Positions 37,668-47,700 are shown, numbered from the stretch's first letter. The stretch: DNA of 64,000 bases from Candidatus Omnitrophota bacterium (GCA_015233145.1 JADFYI010000003.1:39421-103420), one strand, 5' to 3'. Program-made: numbers and translations. Notes: a model not told the origin generated them from the sequence alone.

Positions 37668-38062
37668 GGGGGTGATTGGCCTCGACTTGTGTTAGCCGGG
37701 GAACAGGTTGCGTGCCGAGGATGATGGTTGGCCTCGTTAAAATCCATCAAAACAATAAACGCTAACAACAATTATAGCGTCGTCGCTGAAGCCGAGGCCA
37801 TTTTGGCCGGAGCTGAAGCTCCAGCCTTAGTTTAATTAAATAAACTAAGCCCTGTAACGGGGGGAGTCTGCCGCTTCGTTACTGGAACCAAGCAGGCTGG
37901 TTTTAAACCGCGCTTTCGGGTTTAAGATAAGATTAAAGGGAGCTGGTCTTGAACGGGTTTGGCCGTTGAAACGTTCAGGTCGACAATAAAGACGGCCTAC
38001 GCATGTAGAAGCTTGATCTTAGGAACATAAGGACCCGGGTTCGATTCCCGGCACCTCCACCA
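37668..38062 (+). ncRNA. ssrA: tmRNA
   Basis: GGGGGTGA...CTCGAC 5' end; CCGGGTTCGATTCCCGGCACCTCCACCA 3' end; resume context ATAAAC GCT; tag ANNNYSVVAEAEAILAGAEAPALV* (37761-37835); near smpB. Confidence 0.96.
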
Positions 38063-38420
38063 TTTTCTTCCATCAAAAGCAAAAAGGCGAAATGTTTTAA
38101 CCCGTAAGGGAGAACATTTCGCCTTTTTGCTTTTGCCAAAGAATCCAGAGAAGAAAATGGTGCCCTGGAAACAATTGTTTCCAGGGCTGCGTCTGCTCGT
38201 CGAATAAATAGTTAAAAACAAAAAGATGTTTTCAACTATTTATTCTCCTCGCATCCGCGTCGGTGCCAGGGCGCCCGGGCTTTTCTTAGAAGAATATTTA
38301 GGAAGCCCGGTTGTCCCGGCACCTCCATTTTTTTGCCCGGGGGCAAAAAAATAGAGCAATTGAGCAATCGAGAATAGAACATTAGATAAGGGCTCAATTG
38401 CGATCCCTGCCGGCAGGCAG
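38046..38420. repeat. Cluster of palindromes after tmRNA, including a 14-bp direct repeat of the tmRNA 3' end
   Basis: TCCCGGCACCTCCA at 38046 and 38314; at least six inverted repeats (see findings). Confidence 0.75.
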
Positions 38421-38551
38421 GGCAGTCAGGTTGCGAGGGGTTTTTCTTTTTTAAAGTTATGGGCAGGGGAAGAAGTCGGAAGTATAATCAAATGTTTTTC
38501 AGACAGGGGTCATTTTTCTTATTAAAGTGTGATTTGGATGGAGATTTTATT

Positions 38552-39652
38552 GTGAATGAACAGACAAGGCCCCGCATTCTCTTTAATGTGATTGTTTGTT
38601 TGGGCGTTGCTATTTTCCTTGGCATGGCGATTGTGTTTTCTTTTCGTGCTGTTGACTTTGCCCGTGGCAAAGATTTCTGGGTTGATGAAAAATTCGGCCT
38701 GGAAGGAACTGTGCGGCCAGCCTCGTATTATCAACTTTTGACCAGGGGCGCGCGCGGGCAGGGAAGCGCGGCGCCGTTAGATTATGTGTTTATCAAGGCC
38801 CTGGATCAGGTGTATCAAAAGTCATTCGCCTACATCCCGCATAATGTTTATTATCGCCTTAATTCGACTTTTTGGGACCTGGCCCTAGGGCTGCTCGTGG
38901 CCTTTTTATTCCTTTATGCTTTTTATCGCAAGACAGATAACAACGCGATTATCATTATGCAGTTGGTTCTTATTGGCACGGCACTGCTCACTTTTTATTT
39001 TAAGAAGGACAATATGTATTTTGCGGGTGAGATGAGGCCGTATGCGTTATGGAACTCGCTTTGGTATGTGATGCTGGCGCTTGTTATGTTACGGGTATCC
39101 AAAATTTGGATATTTTTGACAGGTATTTTCCTCGCATTCACCAGCCTCGGCGCTTTGATGCAAATCCCTGCATTGGCGCTCGTTTATTTCACTTTTGAGG
39201 TCATTGATCAAAAAAGGCCTGCGGCTGCATTGCGAGAGGCGGCGCTTGTTTTTGGTTTGCCTTTCCTTATCGCTGTTTTTTATGCTTTGCAGGGTGATAA
39301 ATTTGGTTATATAGCATCTGCGGCGGATTATCAAAGGTATCAGAATGAGTTTTTTTCCTTTTGGGTAAGTAAGTGGCGAGTCCCTTTCATTTCGGGAGCC
39401 GGTATTCTACTTACAGCATGGAATCGCCAATGGCGCGGATGCACAGCCGTCTTTGTGACGATGCTGCTTTTATATGGCATGGCGCCAGCTCTTAATTACA
39501 AGATTTTATCGAGCAGCTTTTTTTTTACGTCACGGCAGTATTTATACTATGACCTTGTATTTCCTCTTTTTTATTTGATGCTGGCTTTGGTTTTACCGGA
39601 ATATTGGAATATGATTTTTAGATTAAAGAATAAGTCGGAGAAAAAATCATAA
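38552..39652 (+). CDS. Multi-pass membrane protein, GT-C-like
   Basis: FWVDE after TM1, APLDY, EMRPYAL, RQYLY; GTG start after GGAG. Confidence 0.7.
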   Translation: MNEQTRPRILFNVIVCLGVAIFLGMAIVFSFRAVDFARGKDFWVDEKFGLEGTVRPASYYQLLTRGARGQGSAAPLDYVFIKALDQVYQKSFAYIPHNVYYRLNSTFWDLALGLLVAFLFLYAFYRKTDNNAIIIMQLVLIGTALLTFYFKKDNMYFAGEMRPYALWNSLWYVMLALVMLRVSKIWIFLTGIFLAFTSLGALMQIPALALVYFTFEVIDQKRPAAALREAALVFGLPFLIAVFYALQGDKFGYIASAADYQRYQNEFFSFWVSKWRVPFISGAGILLTAWNRQWRGCTAVFVTMLLLYGMAPALNYKILSSSFFFTSRQYLYYDLVFPLFYLMLALVLPEYWNMIFRLKNKSEKKS

Positions 39653-39745
39653 GCAATTTCTTTAAAATTATTGGTAAGGTGAGCGGCGGGGAGTATAATT
39701 CCATTTATTAAAGATAGCAGGAGATTGTTTTAATAGAGGAGATTT

Positions 39746-40924
39746 ATGGGTGACCGGCCGGTACATGTTCTTTTCCTTGATGATGATCTTACCGAGCTTT
39801 CAGTGCTTAATAAGGTTTTTCTGAAGGAGCCTTACTTTTCCGCGTTTGCCAAAGACCCTGTGGGGGCTGTGGCCATTCTTGCCAAAGAGCCGGTCAAGGT
39901 TCTTATTTCTGATCAGTCGATGCCTGCCATTACAGGGGTTGAATTTCTCAAAAGGGTTAAAGTGAATTATCCGGACATCATTCGTATCCTTCTTACCGGG
40001 GATGCGGACCTTAAGGTGGCCAGGGAGGCGGTGAATGTCGGGGAGGTGTACCGCTTTCTGACCAAGCCGTATGACCAGGATTCCCTGCGGGCCACGGTAC
40101 GCCAGGCTGTCGAGTTGTTTGACAGTGCGATGGAACGGCGGGAACTGCTCAAAACCGTCCAGCGCAAGAACGAGGAACTCCGGATGATCAATATGACCGT
40201 CCAGGGGTTTTATGAAAAACAGAGGGAGTTCACTTCTACGGTCTCGCACGAATTGCGCACGCCCCTGGCTGCGATAAAAATGGCGCTTGATATTATTATC
40301 AGCGGAACAACCGGGCCATTGACCGAGGACCAGCGGGGATTCCTTAACAAGGCCAAAACAAATGTTGATCGCCTGCATCGGCTTATTAATAATGTTCTGG
40401 ATTTAACCAAGATGGAGTCCGGGAAGATTGCGTTAAAAATTAAATCCGGGGATATCCTTGCGCTGGTTGAGGAGACGGTGGATAGCCAGTGTTTGGTCGC
40501 GAAGGCGAAGGGGTTGTCGCTGACTGTTAAAAAGGAGGGGGTCATTCCCCTTATCGCATTCGACAGGGATCGCATTGTGCAGGTTTTGATTAATTTGTTG
40601 TCAAATGCAATCAAGTTTACGGAGTCGGGCGGGATAACGGTCGTGGTGTCGGCCCCTGAGGGGCAGAATATTGTTGATATCCGCGTGGTCGATACCGGCC
40701 CCGGGATCAGCTCCGAGGATATCGGGAGGCTGTTTGAAAAGTTTGAGCAGCTTGAGGGGGATTTTAATAATAAGCCAGGCGGAACAGGACTTGGCCTGGC
40801 TATTTGCAAATCTATCGTTGAATGGCACGGCGGCAAGATATGGGCAGAGTCAGTATTAGGCAAGGGGACCACGTTGCGTTTTGTGCTCCCCATTGAAGAA
40901 CGACGAAATGGCAGGGGGTTATGA
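39746..40924 (+). CDS. Hybrid receiver-histidine kinase
   Basis: LDDD...ISDQSMP...TKP; VSHELRTPL; NLLSNAIKF; DTGPGI; GTGLGL. Confidence 0.93.
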   Translation: MGDRPVHVLFLDDDLTELSVLNKVFLKEPYFSAFAKDPVGAVAILAKEPVKVLISDQSMPAITGVEFLKRVKVNYPDIIRILLTGDADLKVAREAVNVGEVYRFLTKPYDQDSLRATVRQAVELFDSAMERRELLKTVQRKNEELRMINMTVQGFYEKQREFTSTVSHELRTPLAAIKMALDIIISGTTGPLTEDQRGFLNKAKTNVDRLHRLINNVLDLTKMESGKIALKIKSGDILALVEETVDSQCLVAKAKGLSLTVKKEGVIPLIAFDRDRIVQVLINLLSNAIKFTESGGITVVVSAPEGQNIVDIRVVDTGPGISSEDIGRLFEKFEQLEGDFNNKPGGTGLGLAICKSIVEWHGGKIWAESVLGKGTTLRFVLPIEERRNGRGL

Positions 40925-41784
40925 AAAAGGGTTATAGCGTTCTTATTGTGGATGATGAAGAAGATTTACGCGACATGATGACGTTTCAGTTTAAGGCCCG
41001 CGGCTTTGAGGTCTTCACAGCGTCGAATGGGATAGAGGGTTTGGAACGTTTGAAAACGATATCTCCGTCGTTGATCATACTCGATATTAATATGCCCCGC
41101 ATGGGCGGGATTGAGATGTATGAGCGGCTTTGTGATGCCGAAGGGAACCCGTCGCATCCGGTCCTTATTTTGACGGCCCGTGCCAATACGGAGCAGTTGT
41201 TCAAGCGCCTGGCGATCGACGGGTTTATGTCCAAGCCATTTGAAGTGGATGAGCTTATTAATGAGGCGGAAATCATTGTCCGTAAATATGACCGTGAAGC
41301 TCCCAAAAAAAAGAGCCGCCCTCAGCTCTTGGAGACCATTTATATTGCTAATGATGACGCGGATGAATCGAACGCCATCGCCTTGGCGTTGCTGCATTCA
41401 GGGTATCGTGTGGCGCTTGCCTCCACAGGCGCTTCCGCTCTCGAGATTTTGGCCACAGCGCCTCCTCAGCTGGCCCTAGTCAAGCTTGGACTTGCGGATA
41501 TTCCTGGTGATGTTCTTGTGCTGAGGGCTTTGCATATGGCCAAGACCAGCGATATCAAGTTTGTTCTCTTTGAGAACCGGGACCCGCGTCATGTCGAGAT
41601 TGTGCGCAGGCGTCTTTCCGAGAAGTCTGGCGTTTTGGGCATCATTGAATACGCGAAGACCGAAGAACTGGTTGAGGCTGTTGCCAAGGTCATTGAAAAG
41701 GGGCGCATGGATGATCAACAAGATTACGAGTCGTTTCAAAGGCATTATGTGAAATTTGTCAAAAACCCCTATTTGTCGCCTTGA
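40921..41784 (+). CDS. Response regulator with a receiver and a second, degenerate receiver
   Basis: IVDDE/LDINMP/KPF, then IANDD...LALVKLGL with Lys at the phospho-Asp position. Confidence 0.85.
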   Translation: MKKGYSVLIVDDEEDLRDMMTFQFKARGFEVFTASNGIEGLERLKTISPSLIILDINMPRMGGIEMYERLCDAEGNPSHPVLILTARANTEQLFKRLAIDGFMSKPFEVDELINEAEIIVRKYDREAPKKKSRPQLLETIYIANDDADESNAIALALLHSGYRVALASTGASALEILATAPPQLALVKLGLADIPGDVLVLRALHMAKTSDIKFVLFENRDPRHVEIVRRRLSEKSGVLGIIEYAKTEELVEAVAKVIEKGRMDDQQDYESFQRHYVKFVKNPYLSP

Positions 41785-41840
41785 TAAGGTTTTTTTAAGA
41801 AACATATAAATAGATCAATGGATTGTCATGAGGAGGCGTT

Positions 41841-42215
41841 ATGAAGACCGTGCTTGTTGTGGAAGACATGAAAGACTATTCTGATTGCCTGGAGCTTATC
41901 CTTTCGCAAAAAGGGTACAAGGTTGTTACGGCGGCCAATGGCGCAGAGGGCCTGGAGAAAGCGAAAAGTGTTAAGCCTGACCTGATCTTGATGGATATTT
42001 TTATGCCTGACCAGGATGGGGGAGAAACAGTCTTAAAAATTAAAAGTGATTCATCTCTTAGGAATATTCCGATTATTTTCCTGACGGCATTGGCTTCTGG
42101 TTCCGGCTCGGATAGTGATCCGATTGTCGTTGACGGTCAGGAGTATCCTGCGATTTCCAAAATGGCGGATAAAGAGGAAATTATTAAAAAGGTTGGAGAG
42201 TATTTACACTCTTAA
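41841..42215 (+). CDS. Single-domain response regulator
   Basis: VVEDM, PDLILMDIFMP, IIFLTA. Confidence 0.9.
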   Translation: MKTVLVVEDMKDYSDCLELILSQKGYKVVTAANGAEGLEKAKSVKPDLILMDIFMPDQDGGETVLKIKSDSSLRNIPIIFLTALASGSGSDSDPIVVDGQEYPAISKMADKEEIIKKVGEYLHS

Positions 42216-42226
42216 GGGGAGGGGAT

Positions 42227-42997
42227 ATGACCATAACAATGATGTGGATCATTATTATTTTAGTGTTCATTATTTTTTCCGGGATCAGGATCATCCAGCA
42301 GTATGAAAACGGGGTTGTTTTCCAGCTGGGGAAATATTCAAGAACTTTACAGCCAGGGTTTAATGTGATCATTCCGTTGATTGAGGCGGCCAGAGTTATT
42401 GATATGAGGGTTTTGACCAACGATATTCCCAAACAGCAGGCCATTACCAAGGATAATGTTCCGGTATCCATTAACGGGGTTGTTTATTTTCAAGTCATTG
42501 ATGCCCAATCAGCGGTTATTAAGGTCCAGAATTATTTGTATGCGGTTTCTCAATATGCGCAGGCGGCGTTAAGGGATGTGGTCGGCGGCATGACCTTTGA
42601 TGACCTTTTGGCGGAACGGCAGAAGATCGGCGATGAAATTGAAGCCATCATTCAAAAACAGGCGGAAACCTGGGGGATTAAAGTCACGGCCATCAAGCTC
42701 CTGGATGTGGATGTGCCTGAAGAGTTGAAAAAGATGATGTCCCGCCAGGCATCTGCGGAAAGAGAAAAAAGGGCGAACATTACCAAGGCCGAGGGCGACA
42801 AGCTCGCGGCTGTTAATCTGGCAGAGGCGGCAAGAACCATGACCCAATCTCCGGGGGCCATGCAGTTAAGGACCCTTCAAACCATCGATGGCCTGGGGCC
42901 GACAGCATCCAATACGGTCGTGCTTGCAGTTCCTGTTGATTTTATGGATTCGATTAAAGGATTGGCCGCTAAATTTCTAGAGAAGAAACAGGAATAA
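42227..42997 (+). CDS. SPFH/stomatin (band 7) protein
   Basis: ITKDNV, RQASAEREKRA, AMQLRTLQT. Confidence 0.93.
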   Translation: MTITMMWIIIILVFIIFSGIRIIQQYENGVVFQLGKYSRTLQPGFNVIIPLIEAARVIDMRVLTNDIPKQQAITKDNVPVSINGVVYFQVIDAQSAVIKVQNYLYAVSQYAQAALRDVVGGMTFDDLLAERQKIGDEIEAIIQKQAETWGIKVTAIKLLDVDVPEELKKMMSRQASAEREKRANITKAEGDKLAAVNLAEAARTMTQSPGAMQLRTLQTIDGLGPTASNTVVLAVPVDFMDSIKGLAAKFLEKKQE

Positions 42998-43046
42998 GAC
43001 GGCTTTGATTCTTTCCGACGATTTTAAGGGGCGGCAACAGAAAGTA

Positions 43047-43076
43047 TTGACAGTTTTTAGCATAGGATGCCATAAT
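43047..43076 (+). promoter_or_regulatory. sigma70-type promoter
   Basis: TTGACA-18-CATAAT with TG extension. Confidence 0.55.
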
Positions 43077-43126
43077 ATTCCATGATAAAGTTTGGTATGA
43101 GTTTTCTCAAATCAGAGGAGGAAGTT

Positions 43127-43555
43127 ATGGCATTGGTTTACAAAAACATATCAAGATTGCTTTTAATAGTGTTACTGCTTCTCGGACTTCAGGGTGCGGC
43201 CAGTTCACAGGTTGTACCGCCGCCGCGCTACGGGGAATTAAACGGCCGAGTGATCAATCAATGGCATCACCCGGTTTATGGAATTACGGTGACATTAAAG
43301 CCAACAGCCTATGGATACGGCACCCATGATTTTACAGCCGTGTCGAACATGAATGGCCATTACGACATCAAGAATATCGACAGGTATGTTTACAGCAGCG
43401 GGCCTGCCCCCAAATGGGTTTCTTATTATATTTCTGTTTCTGCCCCCGGGTATCTTCCGTATACGAGTTCTACGTTCAACTTTGAGGCTGTGGCTGACAT
43501 CAAAATGAATGTCACGTTGACAGCCCAAAAAGAACACGGGAAGAAAGATAAATAG
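43127..43555 (+). CDS. Secreted carboxypeptidase-regulatory-like (prealbumin-fold) domain protein
   Basis: GAGGAGG SD, signal peptide, LNGRV...PVYGITVTL...SNMNGHY...VSAPGY. Confidence 0.7.
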   Translation: MALVYKNISRLLLIVLLLLGLQGAASSQVVPPPRYGELNGRVINQWHHPVYGITVTLKPTAYGYGTHDFTAVSNMNGHYDIKNIDRYVYSSGPAPKWVSYYISVSAPGYLPYTSSTFNFEAVADIKMNVTLTAQKEHGKKDK

Positions 43556-43568
43556 TTTTTGCAATTTT

Positions 43569-43611
43569 AAGCCCCTTTTGGTTAGTGAGTCTGCCTTGAG
43601 GGGCTTTTTTT
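43569..43611 (+). terminator. Rho-independent terminator
   Basis: AAGCCCCT...AGGGGCTT followed by a T tract. Confidence 0.65.
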
Positions 43612-43642
43612 GCAGTAAGATGAGGGTTTAAGTAAAGGTTTT

Positions 43643-45496
43643 ATGGCCATTCTTTTCCCTGTTGCTTCATTCTTGATTTTGAGCTGCCTTTTGAGTAAGT
43701 TTGTTTTTCTTTCGCGCCGGGAAGCATGTCTTCTTTCTGCAGTGGCGTGTAGTTTTTGGGTGTGGCTGGCCACTGAGTTTTTTAGCCTTTTTCGGGTTTT
43801 GAATGCCACAGCGATTATGCTGGCCTGGCTGGCATTCCTGGCCGGTATTCTGTTTTTGTTTTTCAAACAAATGCAAACTTCCCGAAAGGCCGCTCAATCG
43901 CATGTGACGCTGGGTGGTTTGCACGTTACGCCAGTGGGCGTTATTATTGCCGCAGGTATTTTTATTATTCTTTTGGGAACGCTGCTTCTTGCTCTTTTTT
44001 CACCGCCTAATACATGGGACACACTGACTTACCACATGAGCCGTGTGGTTCATTGGGCGCAGAATGGCACGCTGGCCCCGTATCCAACACATATTCCACG
44101 GCAAGTTTTTTCCAATCCAGGTTTTGAATATTTTGTTTTACATTCCTATCTTCTCGCAGGGGGAGACGCCTGGGCCAATTGTGTGCAGTGGATTGCCATG
44201 CTGGGATCTTTGATGGTTGTGACCCTGATTGCCAAACAACTTAGTGCCGGCATACCCGGTCAGCTTCTGGCCCTGGCTGTTGCGGCCACGATCCCTATGG
44301 GCATTGTGGAAGCGAGCAGTTTACAGGGGGATTATATGGTCGCTTTTTTTCTATGTGCAGCCCTTTACGCTTTGCTGCGCTGGCGCGCTGATAGTTCCTG
44401 GATATGGGCGATGTCTTTGGGGGTGGCGTCAGGTTTAGCGATCTTGACAAAGGGGACGGGAATCTTTTTTATCCTGCCGGTTTTGATTTGGCTGGTGGGC
44501 TCTGTTATTTTTGCAGACCCGAGGAGGCGCTGGTCACAGGTCTTAGGGGCATTGTTTCTTGTGGCGGCCATTAATTCAGGATTTATTTTAAGAACCGTGT
44601 TGGCTTTTCCCGGTAGGGACTTGTCTGTGGCCACACAGGAGGGCCGGGGGGTACTCAATGAAAGTTTTGGCCCTGACATTTTTTTGATTAATGTTTTACG
44701 CCATGCCGGATTGCATGCGGGGACATCATCGGAGCATGTTAATAAGGCCATTACGGCGGGCATACGGTTTTTACCTGCCAAAATTGGTGTTAATATTGAT
44801 GACCCTCGCGCGACTTATGCCAGTGACCATTTTGAGGTCAATAAACCATCCCGCAATGAGGATTTAACTTCAGCAGGAGTGCATGTCCTTTTGCTGATTG
44901 TCTTTTTTTTGCTTGTGGGCTTGTCTCGCAGCGGGACACCGGAGCTTCGGTCCTGTGCGGTGTGCCTTTTAGCCATGGCAGCACTGTTTTGCCTGGCTGT
45001 TAAATGGCAACCCTGGTTGACTCGTCTCCAGTTGCCCTTTTTTGTTGTGGCATCGCCAGGTGTTGGCGTCCTTTGGGGAAGGGTGCGTTTTTCTCTTTGG
45101 CCTATTGTCATGGTGAGTATTCTTTTTTTGATGGGGATTCCGTATGTTATTAATGCCTATCCTCGTCATCTTTTAGGAAAGAAGAGTATCTTTAAACAAA
45201 CACGCGAAGAGCAGTATTTCACGATGTCCCAGGACCGTTATGAAAATTACCTGAGGGTTGTAGACCGTTTGGCAGCCTCGGGTTGCCATAATATCGGACT
45301 GGTGATAGGAAGTGACGATTGGGAGTATCCGCTTTGGCCGCTTCTTAAAAAGCACGGGATGGGGGATTTTCGTCTGGAGCATGTTGAAGTTGCCGGCCCT
45401 TTGGGAAAAATACCTTACCCCCGGGGTGATTTTACGCCATGTGCCCGTGTGGTGGTGGCCGGCCCGACAATTGACGCCGCGATTTTTAAAAAATAA
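43643..45496 (+). CDS. ArnT/GT39-like (GT-C) membrane glycosyltransferase
   Basis: PPNTWDTLTYHMSRV.HW.Q, GLAILTKGT, KWQPW.TRL, DDWEYPLW. Confidence 0.8.
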   Translation: MAILFPVASFLILSCLLSKFVFLSRREACLLSAVACSFWVWLATEFFSLFRVLNATAIMLAWLAFLAGILFLFFKQMQTSRKAAQSHVTLGGLHVTPVGVIIAAGIFIILLGTLLLALFSPPNTWDTLTYHMSRVVHWAQNGTLAPYPTHIPRQVFSNPGFEYFVLHSYLLAGGDAWANCVQWIAMLGSLMVVTLIAKQLSAGIPGQLLALAVAATIPMGIVEASSLQGDYMVAFFLCAALYALLRWRADSSWIWAMSLGVASGLAILTKGTGIFFILPVLIWLVGSVIFADPRRRWSQVLGALFLVAAINSGFILRTVLAFPGRDLSVATQEGRGVLNESFGPDIFLINVLRHAGLHAGTSSEHVNKAITAGIRFLPAKIGVNIDDPRATYASDHFEVNKPSRNEDLTSAGVHVLLLIVFFLLVGLSRSGTPELRSCAVCLLAMAALFCLAVKWQPWLTRLQLPFFVVASPGVGVLWGRVRFSLWPIVMVSILFLMGIPYVINAYPRHLLGKKSIFKQTREEQYFTMSQDRYENYLRVVDRLAASGCHNIGLVIGSDDWEYPLWPLLKKHGMGDFRLEHVEVAGPLGKIPYPRGDFTPCARVVVAGPTIDAAIFKK

Positions 45497-45512
45497 ATTA
45501 GAAGATGCTGCA

Positions 45513-46178
45513 ATGAAAAACGTGATTCAATATAAATTTTTCCATATCAGAACAGCAATGTTTCTTATCGCCGCGGTTATAGGTGTTTGTTTTTATGCCA
45601 GTACGCTTCAGGCGGCAGAATATCCCTGGCAATTGAGAGTTGATAAGCAAGGGATTAAGGTGTATACCCGCAAGGTTGATGCCTCGCCGATCCTTGAGTT
45701 TAAGGCTGATGTTGTGGTGGATGCTCCGATAAGCAAGGTGATTCCCCTGTTTGAGGATGTGGAAACGGCGCGGCTATGGTTTTACCAGTGCACTCAATCC
45801 AACGTCGTGGCCAGGGAGGGAAGTCAGCAAAAGGCCGTCTATATTATTTTGCGTTTGCCTTGGCCGGTGTCTGCGCGCGATTGTGTCTTTCGCATGAGCA
45901 AATCTGTTGATACTGTAACCGGGGCGCTGACATATGCACTTGTTGCCATCCCTGACAGGGTTTCCAGAAAGCCGGGAATTGTTCGTGTGCCTTATTTACG
46001 GGCATTCTGGCATTTTCTCTCATTGCCTGATGGCAGGACAAAGATTGATTTTCAACAGCATAGCGATCCCGGAGGATTCATCCCTGCCTTTTTGTCGAAT
46101 ACTATTGTTGTTGACATGCCTTATAATTCACTTAAGAATCTGCGGGCTTTGATCATGGCAAGTAAGACGAGAAAATAA
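45513..46178 (+). CDS. Secreted START-domain lipid-binding protein
   Basis: W.L..DKQGIKVY, PWPVSARD, DPGGFIP. Confidence 0.85.
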   Translation: MKNVIQYKFFHIRTAMFLIAAVIGVCFYASTLQAAEYPWQLRVDKQGIKVYTRKVDASPILEFKADVVVDAPISKVIPLFEDVETARLWFYQCTQSNVVAREGSQQKAVYIILRLPWPVSARDCVFRMSKSVDTVTGALTYALVAIPDRVSRKPGIVRVPYLRAFWHFLSLPDGRTKIDFQQHSDPGGFIPAFLSNTIVVDMPYNSLKNLRALIMASKTRK

Positions 46179-46180
46179 CA

Positions 46181-47122
46181 GTGAACAAAACAGCTTTTAT
46201 GTTTCTTTTGAAAGAAATCAAAACATGGATCGCCCTTTCCAGGCCGCCATTTCAGGTTGTCGGCGTTCTTCCTTTTATTGTTGGCTCTCTTCTTCCTTTA
46301 AAGACGGTTCAAGCCCTTGATGTTCCTGTTTTTTTATGGGGATTGTTTGGAGTCGTCCTTGTGATGTTATCAACCTATTTTAATGGTGAGGTCCATGACA
46401 TTCAGGAAGATCGGCTTTCAGTTAAACTCGAGAAAAACATTTTTTCTGCAGGCACTCAAGTGTTGGTTCAGGGGTTAATTGCTCCCCAGAAAGTGAAGGG
46501 GGCTAGCTATGGGGTTATTGGAACCGCACTTTTAGTGGCGGTAATTCTTCAATTTTGTTACAAAACAGGCCCCTGGACCATTCCGCTTGGGATTTCAGGG
46601 ATTATAACGGGTTTTTATTATTCCAAACCTCCCTTTCGTTGGGTTCAAAAAGGGCTTGGAGAAATTTTTATTGGGTATAGTTATGGCTGGCTTCCCGTAG
46701 CCGCAGGCGCCTATTTACAGACAGGACATATTGATTCAATCGTTCATTGGGTTTCTTTACCCATCATCTGTTCGGTTTTCAATGTTATATTGATTAATGA
46801 ATTTCCCGACTATCCCGCAGATATCCAGGTTAATAAAAGAAATTTAGTGGTTAGGTTCGGGAAAGAAAGATGCGCGGTTATTTATGCCGTAATGGCGCTG
46901 GCAGGAGGGGGAACATTTTTTGTTTCTTTAACTCAAGGGGTGCCCGCCGCCAGTCTTTTTATTTACCTGCCCGTTGGCGTTTTGTCTTGTGCTTCTGCCG
47001 GCATGATGCTTGCAAAAAAGTTTAATCATCGAAAGTTGCTCGAAAGAATGTGCCTGATTACATATTTAGTGAATTTAGGGACATGTTTTTCTTATATTGC
47101 GGGGTTTGTCATTCCTCGTTGA
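46181..47122 (+). CDS. UbiA/MenA-family prenyltransferase
   Basis: LSRPPF, NGEVHD..ED, YSKPPF, INEFPDYPAD...KRNLVVRFG. Confidence 0.88.
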   Translation: MNKTAFMFLLKEIKTWIALSRPPFQVVGVLPFIVGSLLPLKTVQALDVPVFLWGLFGVVLVMLSTYFNGEVHDIQEDRLSVKLEKNIFSAGTQVLVQGLIAPQKVKGASYGVIGTALLVAVILQFCYKTGPWTIPLGISGIITGFYYSKPPFRWVQKGLGEIFIGYSYGWLPVAAGAYLQTGHIDSIVHWVSLPIICSVFNVILINEFPDYPADIQVNKRNLVVRFGKERCAVIYAVMALAGGGTFFVSLTQGVPAASLFIYLPVGVLSCASAGMMLAKKFNHRKLLERMCLITYLVNLGTCFSYIAGFVIPR

Positions 47123-47202
47123 AATGATCATCATTGGGCGGGGTAAAATTGAAAGGATGTGAACATATAAGCGACTAAAAAACGAAAGCATAAGGAGGGA
47201 TC

Positions 47203-47691
47203 ATGAAAAATATTCTACGAAAGAATAAATGGGGAGTAGGAATGTTTTTCGTCTTCTTACTGCTGGGAATGGCAACAGTCGCATATGCCTTTGGAAGGAG
47301 CTCTTCTTCCTGGGACAGTACCCGAGAACCGCAACAAAAGTCTTCCGTGAGCCTTTACGATCAGGGCATGGCCGCCAACAACAGCGGTGATTATCAAAAA
47401 GCCAAAAAACTGTTTGAGCAGGCATTAAGCAGGGACAAAAACAATCCTGATATCTTTAATATGCTTGCGCACACACAGCTTAAGCTCGGGATGATTGATG
47501 AGTCTTTGAATAATTACAGGAAGGCGCTGGCCCTTCGTCCCCATTTCCCGGAAGCGAGAGAGTATTTGGGAGAAACTTATATCCAGGCCGCAATGCGTGA
47601 AATAGAAACACTTAAAAGTTATGGCGCAAACGGGGCTGAACAGCTGGAAGATTTGGTGAACGAGTTTAAAAAAGCCGCGTCAGGGTTGTAG
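47203..47691 (+). CDS. Exported TPR protein
   Basis: Signal peptide; TPRs (KALALRPHFPEAREYLGE). Confidence 0.85.
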   Translation: MKNILRKNKWGVGMFFVFLLLGMATVAYAFGRSSSSWDSTREPQQKSSVSLYDQGMAANNSGDYQKAKKLFEQALSRDKNNPDIFNMLAHTQLKLGMIDESLNNYRKALALRPHFPEAREYLGETYIQAAMREIETLKSYGANGAEQLEDLVNEFKKAASGL

Positions 47692-47700
47692 AGAGGTGCC

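Noticed and set aside
37997-38221. 74-aa - strand ORF
   Set aside because: Antisense to the tmRNA 3' end (WWRCRESNP is the typical tRNA-end shadow).
38060-38420. CRISPR array
   Set aside because: The palindromes are all different, with no constant repeat-spacer period and no cas genes.
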